A DNA stretch of 64,000 nt from Candidatus Marivariicella framensis (GTDB lineage Bacteria > Bacteroidota > Bacteroidia > Flavobacteriales > Flavobacteriaceae). Positions within the stretch are counted from its first letter, which is position 1. The number at the start of each line of letters is the position of its first letter. The stretch covers positions 9,267-73,266 of the forward strand of contig CAJJCT010000002.1 in NCBI GenBank assembly GCA_905182735.1, read 5' to 3'. The position numbers were made by a program, and so were the translations under genes. Shown in pieces: positions 59,904 through 64,000 of the stretch. The notes beneath the pieces were generated by a model that worked only from the letters and a program-made list of their open reading frames with translations, was not told the origin of the DNA and searched no databases.

Positions 59904-60707
59904 ATGAAAGACAAGCGCGTACTTATTATTTCACCTGAAGTTGTTCCTTATTTACCTCAATCAGAGCAAGCAATAAATTCATTCAAAATCCCAAAGAGTA
60001 TAAATGACAGTGGAGGACAGGTTAGAATTTTTATGCCTCGATACGGGCTTATAAATGAGAGACGTCATCAACTTCACGAAGTCATAAGATTGTCAGGAAT
60101 GAATTTAGTTATAAACGACATGGACACTCCTTTAATAATAAAAGTTGCCTCTATTCCTAAAGAACGTATGCAGGTATACTTTATAGATAATGAAGATTAT
60201 TTTAAAAGAAGAGCTGCTTTAAGAGACGCCAAAGGAAAATTATTCTCAGATAATGATGAAAGAATGATATTTTTCACCAAAGGTGTTCTTGAGACAGTCA
60301 AAAAGTTAAATTGGTCTCCAGATATTATTCATTTACAAGGATGGTTCACGTCACTATTTCCCTTGTATCTAAAAACTTATTTTAAGGATGATGCAATTTT
60401 TTCAGAAAGTAAGATAGTAAGTTCTATTTACCCAAAAGACTTCGATGGAGCTATATCAAAAAAGTTTAAACAAAAAGTAGAATTTGATGGTATTCCAGAA
60501 AATGAAATTTCTGAATTGTCAAAATCTACTTACACAAACTTAACAAAGCTATCTATAACTCACTCAGATGGTTTTGTGTTGCATGGTGATTCAATTGAAA
60601 CAGAAATAATCGATGAGATTAAAAACAGTAAAAAACCATATTTAACTCAAATAGACGGTGAAGAAGAAAAATCATATGTAGATTTTTACACAAAAAACCT
60701 TAGTTAA
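59904..60707 (+). CDS. short glycogen/starch-synthase-like protein (GT5 N-terminal domain only)
   Basis: 267 aa. KRVLIISPEVVPY... and IIHLQGWFTSLFPLYLK resemble the N-terminal Glyco_transf_5 domain of GlgA. No C-terminal GT-B half is present. Confidence 0.55.
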   Translation: MKDKRVLIISPEVVPYLPQSEQAINSFKIPKSINDSGGQVRIFMPRYGLINERRHQLHEVIRLSGMNLVINDMDTPLIIKVASIPKERMQVYFIDNEDYFKRRAALRDAKGKLFSDNDERMIFFTKGVLETVKKLNWSPDIIHLQGWFTSLFPLYLKTYFKDDAIFSESKIVSSIYPKDFDGAISKKFKQKVEFDGIPENEISELSKSTYTNLTKLSITHSDGFVLHGDSIETEIIDEIKNSKKPYLTQIDGEEEKSYVDFYTKNLS

Positions 60708-60714
60708 TTTAAAA

Positions 60715-62538
60715 ATGCCTATAAAACCTTTTAGTTTAATTTTATTGTTAGTTTCATGTCTTTTTATGTCATGTGATCCAGAGTACCATAGTATAGGAAC
60801 GAACCTTCTGATTGATCAAGTTTTCGAAACAGATATTTATAAGGCTCCCGTATTTACGTACCAGCAAAAGCTAAAAAAAATTCAAACAGATGGTTTGCCC
60901 CTTGGACAAATAGGAAAGATAAACCATACTTTTTATGGAGAATCAAAAGGAAGTATAACATCGCAACTGGTTATAAGCAATGATCCTTTTTTTGGAATTT
61001 ACAGTCAGGATGTTGAAACCTCAGAGACCAGTGATTTGACTATAATACCTGAAAATGAAACCGTTACTTCGGTTTATTTAGAAATCCCATTTTACAGTAA
61101 TCAGAATGATAAAGATAATGATGGTGTGATTGATAAATTAGATTTAGACCCACTAGACTCATCAAGTGATACTGATGGTGATGGATTGACTGATTTGTCA
61201 GAGAGCGCTGTTGGAACAAATCCTTTAAGTAGTGATAGTGATAATGACGGTATTTTAGATAATGAAGACACTGACAGTTCTAGTTATGATGCAGAAAATA
61301 GAATATATGATATTGACTCTGTTTATGGTAATTCAAATGCAAGGTTTACAATGAAAGTAAATGAGTTAACTTATTATCTTTCATCATTAGATCCTAATAA
61401 TAACTTTGAGTCAATTCAACAGTTTTATTCAGACACAAACTATTATGATCAGGGGTTTTATTCTACAGAATTATTTAATGAAGAAATCGGGCTAAACTTT
61501 GAAGAGTTAAGGTTTAATTATATCGAAGATGATCCTTTAACAGAAGAGGTTGAGGACTCAACGACTGTTCAATATCGATTTTCTCCAAGAATTAGAGTAG
61601 AATTAGAACCTTCTTTTTTTCAAAAAAACATTATTAATGCTGAAGGAAGTTCCAAATTAAAAAACTTGGATAATTTTCAAAACCATATTAAAGGAATTAT
61701 AATTAGTGCTGAAAACTTCACAGACGACTTGTATTTACTTTTAAATTTTAACGCTGCTGGTATTAAAATAAATTATGATTATGATTATTATGAAGGTTAT
61801 GAAACATCAGATGCAGCAGATGATGAAATATTAAAAAAATCAACTAGTTATGACATAGCTCTAGGAGGAATTATTATAAACTCATTGGAGAAATCTGGAT
61901 ACGATCCAATAATATCAGATGCTATATTTCAAAGTAATTCAGGAACTCCTCAAGATAATTTAATTATTCAAGGAGGACAGTTTTATTCTAAAATAGATTT
62001 ATTTGACTCATCAAACCTGAATGATAATGACGAACTACTCCAATTAAGAAATAAAAACTGGTTAATCAATGAAGCTAGTCTTGTTTTTTATGTTGACCCA
62101 AATCAACCCTTGCAAGTCAATGAAAATATATATCCTGAGAGATTATATCTATACAATTTAGATTCAGGACTACCCATTAACGATTTTCTTATTGACAATA
62201 CCATAAACACATTATCAACCAATGCAGGGAAAAAAGTTTTTGGAGGCATGTTAGAGTATGACTCTGAAAATAAACCTTGGCGTTATAAATTTAGAATCAC
62301 TGATCATATTAATAAAATCATTAGGAAGGACTCTGTAAACTCTTCATTAGCGCTTATATCTGGAGCTAATATTTCAGCCCTAGCTATTAAAAAGGCGGTT
62401 AATTCTAAAGATCAGCAAATTAAACTTCCAGCAACAGGAATTTTAAATCCTTTTGGAATTAAATTAATTGGGTCTCACCCAGAAGAAGCCTTAAAAGAAA
62501 AAAAGGTTGAATTAGAAATTTACTATACTAAGTATTAG
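60715..62538 (+). CDS. DUF4270-like lipoprotein with embedded thrombospondin type-3 Ca-binding repeats
   Basis: Lipobox CLFMSC. It sits downstream of the glycogen-synthase-like gene, as DUF4270 usually does. aa 131-187 read DKDNDGVIDKLDLDPLDSSSDTDGDGLTDLSESAVGTNPLSSDSDNDGILDNEDTD. Confidence 0.5.
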   Translation: MPIKPFSLILLLVSCLFMSCDPEYHSIGTNLLIDQVFETDIYKAPVFTYQQKLKKIQTDGLPLGQIGKINHTFYGESKGSITSQLVISNDPFFGIYSQDVETSETSDLTIIPENETVTSVYLEIPFYSNQNDKDNDGVIDKLDLDPLDSSSDTDGDGLTDLSESAVGTNPLSSDSDNDGILDNEDTDSSSYDAENRIYDIDSVYGNSNARFTMKVNELTYYLSSLDPNNNFESIQQFYSDTNYYDQGFYSTELFNEEIGLNFEELRFNYIEDDPLTEEVEDSTTVQYRFSPRIRVELEPSFFQKNIINAEGSSKLKNLDNFQNHIKGIIISAENFTDDLYLLLNFNAAGIKINYDYDYYEGYETSDAADDEILKKSTSYDIALGGIIINSLEKSGYDPIISDAIFQSNSGTPQDNLIIQGGQFYSKIDLFDSSNLNDNDELLQLRNKNWLINEASLVFYVDPNQPLQVNENIYPERLYLYNLDSGLPINDFLIDNTINTLSTNAGKKVFGGMLEYDSENKPWRYKFRITDHINKIIRKDSVNSSLALISGANISALAIKKAVNSKDQQIKLPATGILNPFGIKLIGSHPEEALKEKKVELEIYYTKY

Positions 62539-62539
62539 C

Positions 62540-63838
62540 TTAAAGTATCACAAGTAAATTGTAGATAATCAATAACAAAACAATACCAATTAATCCTTGA
62601 ATTAAAGTTGCAATCGTATGAGTTTTATATGCGGTTTTAACGTCTAAACCGCCCATTTGAGAGACTATCCAGAAGTACGAGTCATTAGCGTGTGATATTG
62701 TCATTGAACCAACACCAATTGCTAGAATTGCACCAACTTTACCGATTTCGTTTTCCAAACCAAAAACAGCAAGCATAGGTGCTATAATTGAAGCGGTAGT
62801 TATGATTGCTACAGTAGAAGATCCTTGAGCTGTTTTTAGAGTAGCTGCAATTAAAAAAGGAATTATAATTCCTAAAGAGGAAATGGAATTCATTTCTTTA
62901 AACCAGGAGACAACGTCTATGTTTTGAATTACACTACCTAATGCCCCTCCCATCCCAGTTATAGCAATGATAGGAATGGCTTGTTTAATTGAAGTAGTTA
63001 ATAAATATTTAAGATTTGTTTTTTTTGAAATATATAATGAAATAACGACTCCAATAAAGAGAGCGAATATTGGAGAGCTCAAAAAACTAAACTTTGTGTT
63101 AATCAATGGTCTTAATGACATTAATAAAATTGGAACCCAAATAGGAGAACTTGCCAATTTAAAACTCAAAAAACTTTCTGATTGTGATTGACTTAATAGT
63201 GATTGTATATTTTCTTTAGAAAGAACATTACTTTTTTCAATAAAATTTTCAGAATAAAAAGCACCAACAAGCGCAAGAATTAAAGCTAAAATTCCTCCGC
63301 AAATAAAAAGTAAAAAAATATTTTCTAAATCTAAAGTAGCAGCAGCAGCTAAGGGGCCAGGGGTGGGGGGGACAAGAACATGTGGTGCAAATAGCCCAGT
63401 TGAAAGAGCAACAGTTAATGTAGTTTTAGAACTTTTACTTAATTCAGATAGTTTTTTGTTTAATGTTGAAAGAATAACAAAAGCAGCATCACAAAAGACT
63501 GGAATAGAAACAATAAAACCAGTTAAACTGACTACATATGTCAATGGAAGTTTTGAAAATTTTTTCAATATTCCTAATGAAATTACTGATGTGGCTCCAC
63601 TTTTTTCAAGCGAAGTTCCTATTAGTGTTCCAAACAATATGAGTAGCCCTATTTTTTTTGAAGTTAAAGCAAATCCCTCAAAAATTTCAAACGTGATATT
63701 AATAAGTTTAATTTCCAGACAAACTCCTAAAAATAAAGATCCAATTAAAAGTACCAGTACAGGGTGCAATTTTAGAAAAGAAGTTCCAAGGATTATCCAC
63801 GCAACAGTAAGCGTAATAAATAAAATTTCTATGTGCAT
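62540..63838 (-). CDS. GntP family permease (gluconate/organic-acid:H+ symporter)
   Basis: 432 aa and polytopic. The conserved HVLVPPTPGP motif and overall GntP-like architecture. Confidence 0.75.
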   Translation of the reverse strand: MHIEILFITLTVAWIILGTSFLKLHPVLVLLIGSLFLGVCLEIKLINITFEIFEGFALTSKKIGLLILFGTLIGTSLEKSGATSVISLGILKKFSKLPLTYVVSLTGFIVSIPVFCDAAFVILSTLNKKLSELSKSSKTTLTVALSTGLFAPHVLVPPTPGPLAAAATLDLENIFLLFICGGILALILALVGAFYSENFIEKSNVLSKENIQSLLSQSQSESFLSFKLASSPIWVPILLMSLRPLINTKFSFLSSPIFALFIGVVISLYISKKTNLKYLLTTSIKQAIPIIAITGMGGALGSVIQNIDVVSWFKEMNSISSLGIIIPFLIAATLKTAQGSSTVAIITTASIIAPMLAVFGLENEIGKVGAILAIGVGSMTISHANDSYFWIVSQMGGLDVKTAYKTHTIATLIQGLIGIVLLLIIYNLLVIL

Positions 63839-64000
63839 TTTTGTTGACTTATATAATGTTTAATGGCTTTTTCAGTACTTTTTTTAATTAAATCATAAGC
63901 ATTATCCATGGATTTTTTTAAAGTATAACTATCAGGTCTACAGGTCCATGCATTACTTATTCCAATAGCCTTACATTCTTCGGTTTTTAAACTAACCTTA
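63829..64000 (-). CDS. 3' end of an upstream gene, possibly glycerate kinase (partial, cut by window edge)
   Basis: Frame open from 63999 to TAG at 63829-63831, overlapping the gntP start by 10 nt. ..GISNAWTCRPDSYTLKKSMDNAYDLIKKSTEKAIK loosely resembles the GlxK C-terminus (GIDAVFSI.P.P.SLEEA..NA..NL). Glycerate kinase/GntP adjacency is common. Confidence 0.3.
   Translation of the reverse strand, partial: KVSLKTEECKAIGISNAWTCRPDSYTLKKSMDNAYDLIKKSTEKAIKHYISQQKCT

Overview
AT-rich (roughly 30% G+C by eye) chromosomal segment that looks like a streamlined marine Flavobacteriia (Bacteroidota) genome. Supporting signs are signal peptides ending in Q, CarboxypepD_reg-type TonB-dependent receptors, DUF4249/DUF4270/DUF3108-type genes and a flavobacterial-type proteorhodopsin. 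About 60 tightly packed genes are present; no rRNA, tRNA, CRISPR array, transposase or integrase was recognised.

The left third (1-25 kb) is accessory-like. It holds M19/M81 peptidases and two deacetylases, a gluconokinase::6-phosphogluconate dehydrogenase fusion, a GH16 laminarinase, an S41 peptidase, a TonB receptor/DUF4249 pair, and a Rieske/4-TM/YceI trio. It also holds proteorhodopsin + blh, an esterase, a sugar-1-kinase/nucleotidyltransferase pair and a CotH-DUF4956-barrel cluster.

The remainder is mostly housekeeping: etfBA, ribE, pdxA, rpmF-fabH-accBC, asd, alr, tdk, rsmI, recJ, pgi, uvrC, lspA, ileS, recO, gdhA, radA and panC. It ends with a GntP permease.

The strongest sequence-level observation is that the proteorhodopsin-blh pair lies as a 1.7-kb cassette exactly between two diverged direct copies (~150 bp) of the yceI 3' end plus terminator. 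This looks like an insertion scar with no mobile-element genes nearby.

Other points worth a second look:
- a roughly 200-codon secreted-protein ORF with no canonical start codon
- two gene relics (an SDR and a serine hydrolase)
- an orphan terminator-like leader upstream of the Rieske operon
- a nested palindrome between convergent genes
- a recurring GC-rich intergenic motif

All functional calls rest on motif recognition by eye; no database search was run.
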